Assembly: GCA_965242965.1 (NCBI GenBank) | Contig: OZ251518.1 | Span: 2,464,001-2,528,000, forward strand | Length of the DNA: 64,000 nt | Reading direction: 5' to 3' | Source: Candidatus Poribacteria bacterium | GTDB lineage: Bacteria; Poribacteria; WGA-4E; WGA-3G | In this document: positions 9,676-18,415 of the stretch, piece by piece | Position numbering within the stretch: position 1 is the stretch's first letter | How the letters are laid out: the number at the start of each line of letters is the position of its first letter | Translations under genes and position numbers: made by a program | The notes under the pieces: model-generated | What the model was told of the DNA's origin: nothing | The model's database searches: none | Seen by the model: the letters and a program-made list of their open reading frames with translations, nothing else

Positions 9676-10711
9676 CTTCCTCCTCCAAGATGTGAATCGG
9701 CAGCGAAAGCGGGATTCCATACCGATAAAGTGGATGCGCTAATTCGTGCGGTTCATCGGGTGTTACCTCGGCAAGCTGCCCGCGAGGCTCGTTGTGAAAC
9801 ACAGACCCTTCGCCAAACATCGTGACGGCTTTCCGTTTCAACTGCGTCGGGGTGGTTGCGGAATAACACCATCCGCGCCGAGGCACTAACTGGTATGCAA
9901 CCGGGTTGAGGCCGTCAAAAGTGTCAGGGAGGTAAAGCGACAGATTCACAAACCCGTTGAACCCGTTCCGCTCATGCAAGTCGAATAGTTCCTGCCATTC
10001 TGGGTCCAGGACGCTAATCGTATCGCAGTTCACTCTGAATACACCATTTCCGTGGCTGCGGCGGCCGCCCAATCCATTCCTGCCGGCTTGGCAGAGGATT
10101 GCCTGAAACGCATCCCAGTCCAAAAGGGTGGTATCGTTCAGTTCAACGATGAAATATAACCCAGAGCCGCCATGGAAGTGAACTAAGCCGGTGTGGTAGA
10201 TTGAGGCGGCATCTGTCAACCGGTCTCGGGCATGCTGCGGGCGAATCTCCCGATAGCAAATACGCCCGATATCCTGAGTCTCTAGCTTATCCAAATCAAC
10301 TTCTTCTCCGCTCAACCAGGCGTGGAAGATATCCATTTGCACGAGTTGAGCACTTCGGACAGCCTTACCATATTCCTTTTTCGTTTCCTGCCCGTGCACG
10401 TCATCATAAAACTGGGGCGGGTCGATCCGGGGCTTAGGGAGATAATAGGTAACGTCAAATTGCGAGTGCATTTCAAACGGAAATGCCGACGAAATCCGAA
10501 ACGGTGGTTCGCCTTCACGGAAGGGCACCAGCAACTTATCAACAGCACGTGGATTTCCATTGTGGAGTTCGGCGTAGTTATTGATGAGGCAGCTGAACAA
10601 GGTGTCGGAATGAGCGAGGCACAGGCTCTCCTCAAGCCCGATTCCAGCAACATCCGCCCCCAAATGGAGCGTGGACCTGAAATGGAGTTTGACGATTTTT
10701 AGCTCGCCCAT
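9662..10711 (-). CDS. csm4: Type III-A RAMP protein Csm4
   Basis: 'HSDTLFSCL', 'ISSAFP', 'YYLPKP', 'GLGGRRSHGNG', 'FGEGSVF', 'HPLYRYG'. Confidence 0.93.
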   Translation of the reverse strand: MGELKIVKLHFRSTLHLGADVAGIGLEESLCLAHSDTLFSCLINNYAELHNGNPRAVDKLLVPFREGEPPFRISSAFPFEMHSQFDVTYYLPKPRIDPPQFYDDVHGQETKKEYGKAVRSAQLVQMDIFHAWLSGEEVDLDKLETQDIGRICYREIRPQHARDRLTDAASIYHTGLVHFHGGSGLYFIVELNDTTLLDWDAFQAILCQAGRNGLGGRRSHGNGVFRVNCDTISVLDPEWQELFDLHERNGFNGFVNLSLYLPDTFDGLNPVAYQLVPRRGWCYSATTPTQLKRKAVTMFGEGSVFHNEPRGQLAEVTPDEPHELAHPLYRYGIPLSLPIHILEEEDDIS

Positions 10712-10713
10712 TA

Positions 10714-11568
10714 TTAATGCCCCTTCAAAAAATCAATCTCTTTGAGTTGACTTTTGCAGAAATTCAACGATTTGCTATCTGCACCCTTGAACCCACCCTT
10801 TGGGTGGTTCGCGGTATTGTAGCCTTGGAACTCCTGAACCTTGAATTCAACGCGGCCATAGCCTCGGGAGATATTGCCGCCGAGCCCGTCTTTTTCAAGA
10901 ATATCCATCGCATTGAGGAGATTAGTGATGTCCATCTTGGCTCGTTCTGCGTCCACAGGCATATTTCCGTTCGTTGGTTCACCGGTATGGTTGAACGATT
11001 CTACACGGTAAACCAACTCAAACGCAAATTCCGCGCCCGCTGGCACGCGCTCAAAGGTTCGGGGATGCGCTGCGGAGGTTAACCTATCAATAGCGTTCTC
11101 CATCTTCGTTTCGGTGATGATGAATCCGTCTTGTAAGAGTGCTTCTCTATTGGAAAGCGTGCCATCTCTTACGAGAAGCGCGCCTGGATAATTGTCCTGG
11201 CGTGCTGTCCTTCCTGTCGAACCGAAGATGCGACAGAGTTGACATGTATTCGCAGCGTTGAAATCGTCACATTCGTGCCGCCAGACTTTCTTTTGCCCAT
11301 CTCCGCCAGAACGGTTAGCGCGTAGTGGGCCGTCATTTGCGGTGCTGACAATTTTCTCGGTGATACTCCTCAATTTCCCTTTCAGGGAACTGCCGGGGAT
11401 ATACGGTTCCCCTGTCAATGGGTTCCGGATAACGTTCCTATCAATTCCGCCAATCTGCAGTGTGTCTTCGGCACCCCCGATTAACATGCCGGAACGGCAC
11501 TTAATGATGCCTGAAATCACAATATGCCCGTGGAGAAATCGTGACATATTTCCGTTTTGTAAACTCAT
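10714..11568 (-). CDS. csm3: Type III-A backbone RNase Csm3
   Basis: 'IGGID' with the catalytic Asp, 'PYIPGSSLKGKLRS', 'ENAIDRLT..A.PR..ERVP', 'LGGNISRGYGRV'. Confidence 0.95.
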   Translation of the reverse strand: MSLQNGNMSRFLHGHIVISGIIKCRSGMLIGGAEDTLQIGGIDRNVIRNPLTGEPYIPGSSLKGKLRSITEKIVSTANDGPLRANRSGGDGQKKVWRHECDDFNAANTCQLCRIFGSTGRTARQDNYPGALLVRDGTLSNREALLQDGFIITETKMENAIDRLTSAAHPRTFERVPAGAEFAFELVYRVESFNHTGEPTNGNMPVDAERAKMDITNLLNAMDILEKDGLGGNISRGYGRVEFKVQEFQGYNTANHPKGGFKGADSKSLNFCKSQLKEIDFLKGH

Positions 11569-11592
11569 CAGGAAGTCCTCCTCCTAGTGAGA

Positions 11593-11991
11593 CTACCCCG
11601 CGTAGGCGACGATAGCCTCGAAAAACTTGACGAATCGGGTTAAATCCGCTTTGTGCTGGATGACGTTTGGAGCCAAGCAGATGTCCAATGCTTCGCGAAG
11701 CCCTCGGATAGAGCGTTCCTTCCGTTCGGCATTGGCAAGATGCGGCCTCAAAAAAAGTAACTGTGCAACGAGCTCTTGCGACAACGCATCGCCGGGCTCC
11801 TGCCCCAGCGTCCGACGCTCAATCTGCTTGACAGCATCGTAAAACTTGCGCAGCTGATGGTTTTTGAGTCCTTTATCAGAAAGTGCTTTCCCGATTTCTT
11901 CGGCGGCACCCACCAGCGGCTGCGGGGCTACCTCTCCGAAAGAGGTCCCATCTGCTAGCAGTGGCTTAATTTCCTGTTCAAAGATACCCAT
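11593..11991 (-). CDS. csm2: Type III-A small subunit Csm2
   Basis: 132 aa, helical; 'QLRKFYD' and 'FVKFFEAIVAY'; lies between cas10 and csm3. Confidence 0.93.
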   Translation of the reverse strand: MGIFEQEIKPLLADGTSFGEVAPQPLVGAAEEIGKALSDKGLKNHQLRKFYDAVKQIERRTLGQEPGDALSQELVAQLLFLRPHLANAERKERSIRGLREALDICLAPNVIQHKADLTRFVKFFEAIVAYAG

Positions 11992-14270
11992 TAATTCTCT
12001 CCTTCTACGCGGCGGGTTAGATATTCTACCCAGTGCAGGGCGATATGCAACTTTGATACCTGGTCGTGTCGAAAAAGGAGCGTTTTTAAGTCCGCCAACG
12101 CCGGCGTTTGCGGCTGTATCCGTTCAAACTGACGTTGAGTATGAAACATCATTGGCAGATACAGCACTCCATCTTCTTGCCAGATGTTGAGCATTTCAAA
12201 GAGTTTGCGAGTGAACCCGTGCGGTAGTTCTTGGTACACCGCGTGCAACTGCTTTGTCAATTGAATGACATCGTGGTATTCGTCCCACTGCGCAGCGACT
12301 GCAATGCGATTGGGGGCTTGTTGCTGCCACGCATACTCTTGATATGCTTTGTCAATCCGTTCTTTCAGCGAGCTGTTCCGTCTTTTCAGCATTTCGCTGT
12401 AGAATAGCGCGAGGCTGTTTTTATTCTCCTCCGTTTCGTGATGCTTATTTGCCTTCGCCGCCTTTTCCGCTTGTTCTGCCGTGCGCGCCATCTGATAAAG
12501 CGGGAACTTTGGTTTGTGAAGCGTCACGCCACCGGAGAGATGGACCTCGGGATTCTCACAAGAGAATGCCTGGAAACACGTGTTAATGTCAAATGCCAGT
12601 TCCGCGACATCGTCCCACGCCCCGACGATGAAAAGGTCATCGCCGCCAGCATAGACGATAGAGACATTCCGTCCGTTCGTTTTTTCTGATTTCGCTCCGG
12701 TGATGTCAACAGGAAACCCATCTTTCCCGAAATCCCCCAACTTCATACTGCAGATTTCGTTGAGGTATCCTTTGAAAAAAAGATTCATGCTGCGGGACAG
12801 GTTTGAGAGGGCGGCGATGCCCAGATGGGATGCCTCATGAAAAAGTTTGCCCGAGTCGTCAACATCCATCCGCAGACACCCGATAAGTTCCGAACCCTGC
12901 GCCGCTTTCGCCAATCCGGAGAAGGATGCGGTGAAGCCTTCAGACCGGTCCATCTCCCGCCCATAGTCTCTCTGATACTCTTCCTTTTCGTGGGCCTGCG
13001 CTGGGGTTGGTAAATCTGCGACAGCACGAACGTAATCGGCGTAGAGGAACGGGAAAGTCTTTTCATCGTAGTCCTCAAGGTTCCAGCTGTTCACGAGCCA
13101 CCGCGCGTCGTAGTCGCTTACTTCGGCACGCTGTGTGACTTGGTATGCCGCGTATTGTCCGCGATGCGTTGGAAATCGAAGGGTGCCATCTGAGAAATCC
13201 CGCGATGTTGAAGAGGTTCGCACGATGCAGGTGAACTCTGTCAACAGGTCTCCTAATTTCAACAGATGATAGGCGAGTTTGCTGACGCGTCCAACTTCAG
13301 GCACCTCGGTCATGTCTTCCTCAGGTAGATCATCCCGGTGTGTGATTTGACATGCCTCTTGGTTTGCCAATTGCTTCGGCATTTGGGGACGGAAGAGATC
13401 CTGAAAGGAAGCATCGTCCCAGAATTTGCGCCACTTCTGTTTGCGCAATTTTTCGGCAATCCAGTCCCACTTTTCTGCAAATTGAGAGCTTGCAATGTCG
13501 CTAGCACACAAAGACTCGCAATCCATCGCGAGGAACAACTGAAAGCCGAACTGTGCCATTATCCACGCGTTGAGCTCCTGCGCAAAATCGTGAATTGCGC
13601 GTTGGTTTTCCGGGGTATTTGGCACCAGAAGACTGAAGCCGCCACCACCGGAAAAGATGCAACTATATCGGCTAGCCCCGGTGGCTTGTTGCACCTCATA
13701 AACAATATGTTCGGTTAACAGTTCTAAGAGGAACGAGCGGCCGCGGAGCGTTTTGAGGGCACCGCGTGACGAAATCGTGTAGATTGCCTCCTGTATACCG
13801 GAGAAATCCCCCGATACAAGTAGAAACGGTGCATCGGGCTGTCCGTGTTCCAAACAGTCATGAATTGCCGCAGCAGATTTTACCGCGTCATAGAAAGAGA
13901 CGTAGGGGACATCAGGTGAGATGGACAGGAACGTTCCGTTCTTTTCAAGGCATGCAAGCGCAAGTGTGTCATTTGCGGTGAACCGCTCCCAGCCGCCCGG
14001 CGGCTCGGGAATTTCCGATTGGCAATCCGCTTGTGCTGTCGGATAAGCAATTTGGTGAGCATCCAACGGCTGCCAGCGTATCTCTTTTTCAACGATGGCT
14101 GTGTATTCACCAATCATCGAGAAAATTGATTCTAATGGCTGCCCTTTTATTTGAACCCGCTCGGAATCAATACCGATGAGTTTCAATGCGTCGCGCACCG
14201 ATGCATTCGCCGATGTTTCTTCAGTGTTCTGTAAAATGTGTAACGCCCATGCGAGGATAGGATTCATCAT
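11991..14270 (-). CDS. cas10: Cas10/Csm1 with an intact Palm2 cyclase motif and no functional HD nuclease domain
   Basis: 'GDFSGIQ..IY', 'LRGRSF', 'LRMDVD', 'YAGGDDLFIVG'; the N-terminus 'LAWALHILQ' lacks the HD dyad; likely start ATG 14270 after AGGTGG. Confidence 0.93.
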   Translation of the reverse strand: MMNPILAWALHILQNTEETSANASVRDALKLIGIDSERVQIKGQPLESIFSMIGEYTAIVEKEIRWQPLDAHQIAYPTAQADCQSEIPEPPGGWERFTANDTLALACLEKNGTFLSISPDVPYVSFYDAVKSAAAIHDCLEHGQPDAPFLLVSGDFSGIQEAIYTISSRGALKTLRGRSFLLELLTEHIVYEVQQATGASRYSCIFSGGGGFSLLVPNTPENQRAIHDFAQELNAWIMAQFGFQLFLAMDCESLCASDIASSQFAEKWDWIAEKLRKQKWRKFWDDASFQDLFRPQMPKQLANQEACQITHRDDLPEEDMTEVPEVGRVSKLAYHLLKLGDLLTEFTCIVRTSSTSRDFSDGTLRFPTHRGQYAAYQVTQRAEVSDYDARWLVNSWNLEDYDEKTFPFLYADYVRAVADLPTPAQAHEKEEYQRDYGREMDRSEGFTASFSGLAKAAQGSELIGCLRMDVDDSGKLFHEASHLGIAALSNLSRSMNLFFKGYLNEICSMKLGDFGKDGFPVDITGAKSEKTNGRNVSIVYAGGDDLFIVGAWDDVAELAFDINTCFQAFSCENPEVHLSGGVTLHKPKFPLYQMARTAEQAEKAAKANKHHETEENKNSLALFYSEMLKRRNSSLKERIDKAYQEYAWQQQAPNRIAVAAQWDEYHDVIQLTKQLHAVYQELPHGFTRKLFEMLNIWQEDGVLYLPMMFHTQRQFERIQPQTPALADLKTLLFRHDQVSKLHIALHWVEYLTRRVEGEN

Positions 14271-14371
14271 CGCGTTTTGTCCACCTGTTAGTTTCCTGAA
14301 TTTTGCCCCTTCATTGACAAACTCACGGTTTTGAGAAATGGTTCTCCGCTTCCATCCACTTGCCTGATTAA

Positions 14372-14541
14372 AGTTTAACATCATTTCACATTTTTGTCAA
14401 ACTTGTTTTAGTCAGTTTAGCAGCACCGACGTTTTTTGTCAAGTTACCTCGCGCGCGTGAAATATAAGCGGCGCGACACGCGCGGATACCTGCATCTCCT
14501 GTTGATGCATAAAGTTTAACATCATCTCGCATTTTTGTCAA
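14372..14541 (-). promoter_or_regulatory. Three tandem sigma70-type promoters upstream of cas10
   Basis: TTGACA-17 bp-TAAACT on the minus strand at 14372-14400, 14414-14442 and 14513-14541; the first and third lie in a 35-bp direct repeat with 2 mismatches. Confidence 0.75.
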
Positions 14542-14549
14542 ACTTTTTT

Positions 14550-14849
14550 TCAGGTTGTATCAAGCCAGTATGCCTCCCCTTGCACAAACGGGTTGTTATG
14601 CTCGGCTGGCGGCAGGCGATCGACCAGGGCGAAACGGCGGACATCGCGCCCCAACTTGCGCGCCTATTCGGCGAAAACTGCAAGAATCCAGCGGATTTCA
14701 TCGTCGGGACTGCCGATAGAAATCTCAACCCTTTCCGGGGTAACTCCAAGAACCTTGTGTATCCCCTCCTGAAAGATTGGCCATGTGTCTTGCTGAGCCT
14801 TTTCCGTAACCACGGTGAGCCTATCCGAGAGGGCAGGCGCGCCTTCTCT
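14550..14849 (-). pseudogene. Probable remnant of a csx1 (TM1812/DxTHG-type CARF) gene
   Basis: One frame reads 'DRLTVVTEKAQQDTWPIF...VEISIGSPDDEIRWILAVFAE*ARKLGRDVRRFALVDRLPPAEHNNPFVQGEAYWLDTT*'; in-frame TAG at 14664-14666; no convincing start; 5' end runs into a REP cluster. Confidence 0.5.
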
Positions 14850-14854
14850 TGACC

Positions 14855-15085
14855 TATTCGGGTGCAGGCGCACCCGAACTATAGGGCTAGCGTGCGCCCC
14901 GCCTGTAGGACAGGGGTGTATGCTCCTGACCTGGTTGTAATCAGAGGCGCATCGAGACCGGGAGGTCTCTCCTACGGGGACATCGCTTGCATCGAGACCG
15001 GGAGGGCTCTCCCACCTACGTGAACGCAGCCGCACCTCTGTAGTTCGGGCTCGCCTGAGCCCGAACGGAGGGCTCTCCTATCTAT
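14855..15085. repeat. REP-like palindrome cluster
   Basis: TTCGGGTGCAGGCGCACCCGAA, GTAGGACAGG...CCTGACC, GAGACCGGGAGGTCTCTCCTAC and GTAGTTCGGGCTCGCCTGAGCCCGAAC hairpins. Confidence 0.8.
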
Positions 15086-15105
15086 GTGAACGCAGCCGGT
15101 TTTGA

Positions 15106-15134
15106 TTGACAACGAAACCGAAATTCTGCATAAT
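15106..15134 (+). promoter_or_regulatory. Sigma70-type promoter
   Basis: TTGACA-17 bp-CATAAT upstream of the GGAGG RBS of the ORF at 15170. Confidence 0.6.
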
Positions 15135-15169
15135 AGAGAAAAATAGACACTCTTCCGGAGGCGGTAGAT

Positions 15170-16774
15170 ATGGAGATGATAACTTTTCCTTGGCAAATGG
15201 TGATTTTGTGCGGTTTATCCCTCTGTGTGGGATGGGGCATCCGTGGCAATTTTGGGCATGAATACGGCGCGGCACTGCCGGGTGCTCTCGCCGCAATGGC
15301 AATTGTCTTGCTCTCTGGCCGTGAGGATTGGTGGCGGTATGTCCACTATTTTGCGATGTTCGGCGCGATTGGCTGGTCCTTCGGCGGCAGCATGTCCTAC
15401 ATGCAGGTAGTCGGCTATACGCATTCGCCTCACTCACTGACGGTGCTTTACGGGTTTGCGAACCTTTTCGTCATCGGTTTCTTATGGGCAACCCTCGGCG
15501 GTGCGGGGACCGCTTTGCCCGCGTTCCTCACGAGTGAGCAGTTAGCACTCTTCTTCGTGCCGATGTGCGCGGTTTTTATCGCCTGGTCTGCCCAGGCGGT
15601 CGTCATTGACTTAGTTTTCGCGCCAAAACGGATGCAACGGCACGAAAGCCCACTCTATTGGTATGATACCGATTGGGTGGCAGCCCTCGGTGCGATAGTC
15701 GCCGCACTTATCGTTGCCCTTTTCCGGGGCGGTTTTGATATGGCCACCTCACTTGTTCTCTACATGGGCATCGGCTGGTTCGCGGCGTTCCTGCTGCTCG
15801 TCCCCGTTTTCCGCTTACGCATGACACCGCCGCGCGGGGATAATTGGGCAGGTTGCGTCGGGCTCGTCATCGGCGTATTGGCGTATTGCTGGCAGTATCA
15901 ACTCGGCGGCGTTGCTTTCGCCACCTTGATGACAGGTTTCGCGGGTGGGATTGCGTTTTCATTTGGACAACTGCTGAAACTGCTCTGTATCCGAACAGGC
16001 CGCCAAACGAATTGGCACAGCGTCATGGAGCAAACGCAAGGCATGCTTTTCGGGCTCGGCATCGCAGTGACATTTTGCTTGCTGCGCAATCGCGCGCCGG
16101 AACTCGCGGCGGCCCCGGGTGTGCCACAGTGGACAGAAATCTGCGCTGTCTTTTTCGTCCTCATCGCCTTGACGTATCTGAATTACCGCAAGGCAACGGC
16201 GACATGGGTTGAGCAAGTCGCGCCGTTACCGGAACGGTTTTTTGGTTTGCCTGTGGCGGGTTGGTTTCGGCACTCACGCGGTTGGATAGGCTGGTTTGAA
16301 CTTTTTTATATCGGGCTCGGCATTGCTTGTGTTTGGATATTGAGTGCGCATTTCCGAGAGCCGCTCGCCTTCATCCCGACAAGTTGGCTCGGCAAAGGGC
16401 AGCTCCTCTACTTTATCTTTTTGTGGTGGATTGTGATTTTCAACTTTGAGCGCGCCCTCGTCGGATTTAGTCCGCATCGGTTGGTAACGGAAGGCACGAT
16501 TACCCTCAACGCGATTATCTGCACCGCGCTGATGGCACTCGGCGCGCAGGCAATTCCGAAACAAATCGGGAGTCTCTTTTCATTTACCGACTGGCTCTGG
16601 AAAACGTCGCTGTGGGGAATCGCGGTGATGATAGTGAGTTCGTTGGCGTTTTGGGGTATCAAGCATGTGCTTTTCGGAAAGGAGCATGCCCCCGGTGCAG
16701 CATTACATATCCGTTTCGGCGAGGATTCTAACGCGCCGAAGGATAAGCCGAAGTCTGGACAGCCGCATCCTTAA
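15170..16774 (+). CDS. Polytopic integral membrane protein of unknown function
   Basis: 534 aa with more than 10 hydrophobic segments; conserved-looking 'GWGIRGNFGHEYGA' and 'GGSMSYMQ'; GGAGG RBS. Confidence 0.8.
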   Translation: MEMITFPWQMVILCGLSLCVGWGIRGNFGHEYGAALPGALAAMAIVLLSGREDWWRYVHYFAMFGAIGWSFGGSMSYMQVVGYTHSPHSLTVLYGFANLFVIGFLWATLGGAGTALPAFLTSEQLALFFVPMCAVFIAWSAQAVVIDLVFAPKRMQRHESPLYWYDTDWVAALGAIVAALIVALFRGGFDMATSLVLYMGIGWFAAFLLLVPVFRLRMTPPRGDNWAGCVGLVIGVLAYCWQYQLGGVAFATLMTGFAGGIAFSFGQLLKLLCIRTGRQTNWHSVMEQTQGMLFGLGIAVTFCLLRNRAPELAAAPGVPQWTEICAVFFVLIALTYLNYRKATATWVEQVAPLPERFFGLPVAGWFRHSRGWIGWFELFYIGLGIACVWILSAHFREPLAFIPTSWLGKGQLLYFIFLWWIVIFNFERALVGFSPHRLVTEGTITLNAIICTALMALGAQAIPKQIGSLFSFTDWLWKTSLWGIAVMIVSSLAFWGIKHVLFGKEHAPGAALHIRFGEDSNAPKDKPKSGQPHP

Positions 16775-16797
16775 GGCAACTTTTTTTGAAAAAAGGG

Positions 16798-16826
16798 TTG
16801 ACATCCGTTTAAAAGTGTGGTATCCT
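16798..16826 (+). promoter_or_regulatory. Sigma70-type promoter
   Basis: TTGACA-17 bp-TATCCT with a TGn extension. Confidence 0.6.
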
Positions 16827-16859
16827 ATTTCTATCTAATACTAGAAAGGAGGGTAACTC

Positions 16860-17192
16860 ATGACAAACGAGGAACTCATACTCAAAAAACTTGACGAACT
16901 CACGGCGGAGATTAAGGAGGTCCGCTCCGAATCCGCTACCGAGTTCAAGAAGGTCCGCGAAGACGCTGCTGACACGAAGGTGCATCAAGCCAGATTGGAA
17001 GGCGAACTACGCGCATTGGAATCCAAAATGGGCGGCAAATTGGATACGTTGGCGACGAAACTTGAAGCCCATATCGCTGATACGCGCGAGCGAAAAGGCG
17101 ATAGGAATGAACGATGGAAAATCGCGGGCATCATCGCCTCGGGCTGCCTCGCCATCGTCTCTCTGTTCGTCTCGTTCTTTAAAAATAATTAG
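16860..17192 (+). CDS. Coiled-coil protein with a C-terminal membrane anchor (CCDC90/XhlA-like architecture)
   Basis: 110 aa; heptad-rich body followed by 'WKIAGIIASGCLAIVSLFVSFF'; strong AAGGAGG RBS. Confidence 0.75.
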   Translation: MTNEELILKKLDELTAEIKEVRSESATEFKKVREDAADTKVHQARLEGELRALESKMGGKLDTLATKLEAHIADTRERKGDRNERWKIAGIIASGCLAIVSLFVSFFKNN

Positions 17193-17198
17193 CTGCGC

Positions 17199-17226
17199 CA
17201 GCCGCGAGGTTTTAACCTCGCGGCTG
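17199..17226. terminator. Hairpin between convergent genes (terminator or REP-like)
   Basis: CAGCCGCGAGGTT-TT-AACCTCGCGGCTG perfect inverted repeat. Confidence 0.55.
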
Positions 17227-17242
17227 CTGCATTGTTTCCATT

Positions 17243-18397
17243 TTAATCGCCTACTCGCCGCTGTCGATAGACTCTGCCGCTTTTGACAACAACGATAGGC
17301 TCCAGTTTCTGTTTGCTGACGCGGACCTGGCCGCGGGCATCCACTAGTTCAAACGCGCCTTCGCGCAGTTCAAAAACTACCGCATCTCCCCACGCATCAA
17401 CTGCCAGCGTGCCGACTTGCCCCGGCATCAATATCGTGTCCGCAGGCACACTCGTCACTTTCGCCAACGCATCGTCAAGAGACATGCCGAGATACAGGAA
17501 TTTGTTGACGACGTTCACTAAATCGTAGACAGGGCCGTCCACGTTGTAGACATGCAAATCGGAGGAGATAGTCGTTGGTTCAACACCTTGCGCCATCGCC
17601 TTGTCAACGACATCCCAACTAAAAGAGCCCGCGCCGTGTCCAACATCGAAAATAACGCCGCGCTCAAGGGCGGCATGCACGGAGTCGCGGATTGTGCCGT
17701 TTTCATCCAAGATGCCACACGGCATATCGTGGAAGCAGTGCGTTAAAATATCACGCTTGCCCATCACTGCTAAGATGTCGTCAATGGATTGACACCACGC
17801 GTCTTGTGGATGAACCATCAGAGGGAGCCCCGCGGCATCGGCAGCCTCACGCGCCCGGTGCAAGGGTAACATTCCTGCCCGCGTGCCGACAATACTCTCC
17901 CGCGTCAAACGCACCTTGACACCCAAGATAATATCGCGATGCGCTTCTATCATCCTGCACGCCTTGCCGACATCGGCGTAATCTGGATTTTCTAATTCGC
18001 CAATCTCCTGCGTCAGCATGCCTTGCGAGGAGATGTTCAATTGCGCGAGGATCCGCGTGCCGCTCACATCAATGACGTATTTACGGAAGCCGGGGAAGGT
18101 ATCCGCACCTGCTGAACCGGCATCGACTACTGTCGTCGCGCCACGCGCCAAACAACTCGGGTCTGGTTCAATCCCAAAGTGGCTGACTCCGTAAAAGACA
18201 TGCACGTGCAAATCGATGAGCCCCGGCGTGACGAAGCATCCGTTTGCGTCAAGCACCTCACGCGCTTCAGAGGCAGGGATGTCATCGCCAACCGCGGCGA
18301 CGTGGCCATTCGCGAACCCTATGTCCCGGCGCGCGTGGATGCCTTGCGCGGCATCGATGAGCGTTCCGTTTTTGATCAGCAGTTCATAATTGCGCAT
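17243..18397 (-). CDS. Amidohydrolase/deacetylase family metallohydrolase (dihydroorotase-like)
   Basis: 'PGLIDLHVH', 'VDAGSAG', 'GVKVRL', 'MVH', 'THCFH', 'DVGHGAGSF', 'ISSDLH'. Confidence 0.9.
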   Translation of the reverse strand: MRNYELLIKNGTLIDAAQGIHARRDIGFANGHVAAVGDDIPASEAREVLDANGCFVTPGLIDLHVHVFYGVSHFGIEPDPSCLARGATTVVDAGSAGADTFPGFRKYVIDVSGTRILAQLNISSQGMLTQEIGELENPDYADVGKACRMIEAHRDIILGVKVRLTRESIVGTRAGMLPLHRAREAADAAGLPLMVHPQDAWCQSIDDILAVMGKRDILTHCFHDMPCGILDENGTIRDSVHAALERGVIFDVGHGAGSFSWDVVDKAMAQGVEPTTISSDLHVYNVDGPVYDLVNVVNKFLYLGMSLDDALAKVTSVPADTILMPGQVGTLAVDAWGDAVVFELREGAFELVDARGQVRVSKQKLEPIVVVKSGRVYRQRRVGD

Positions 18398-18415
18398 CTT
18401 GTCCTCACCTTAACC

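Noticed and set aside
14271-14384. Longer Cas10 N-terminus from the ORF track
   Set aside because: The extension overlaps the promoter, has no HD motif, and the RBS fits ATG 14270.
14535-14852. 105-aa plus-strand ORF upstream of cas10
   Set aside because: No RBS or motifs; the opposite strand gives the more protein-like CARF remnant.
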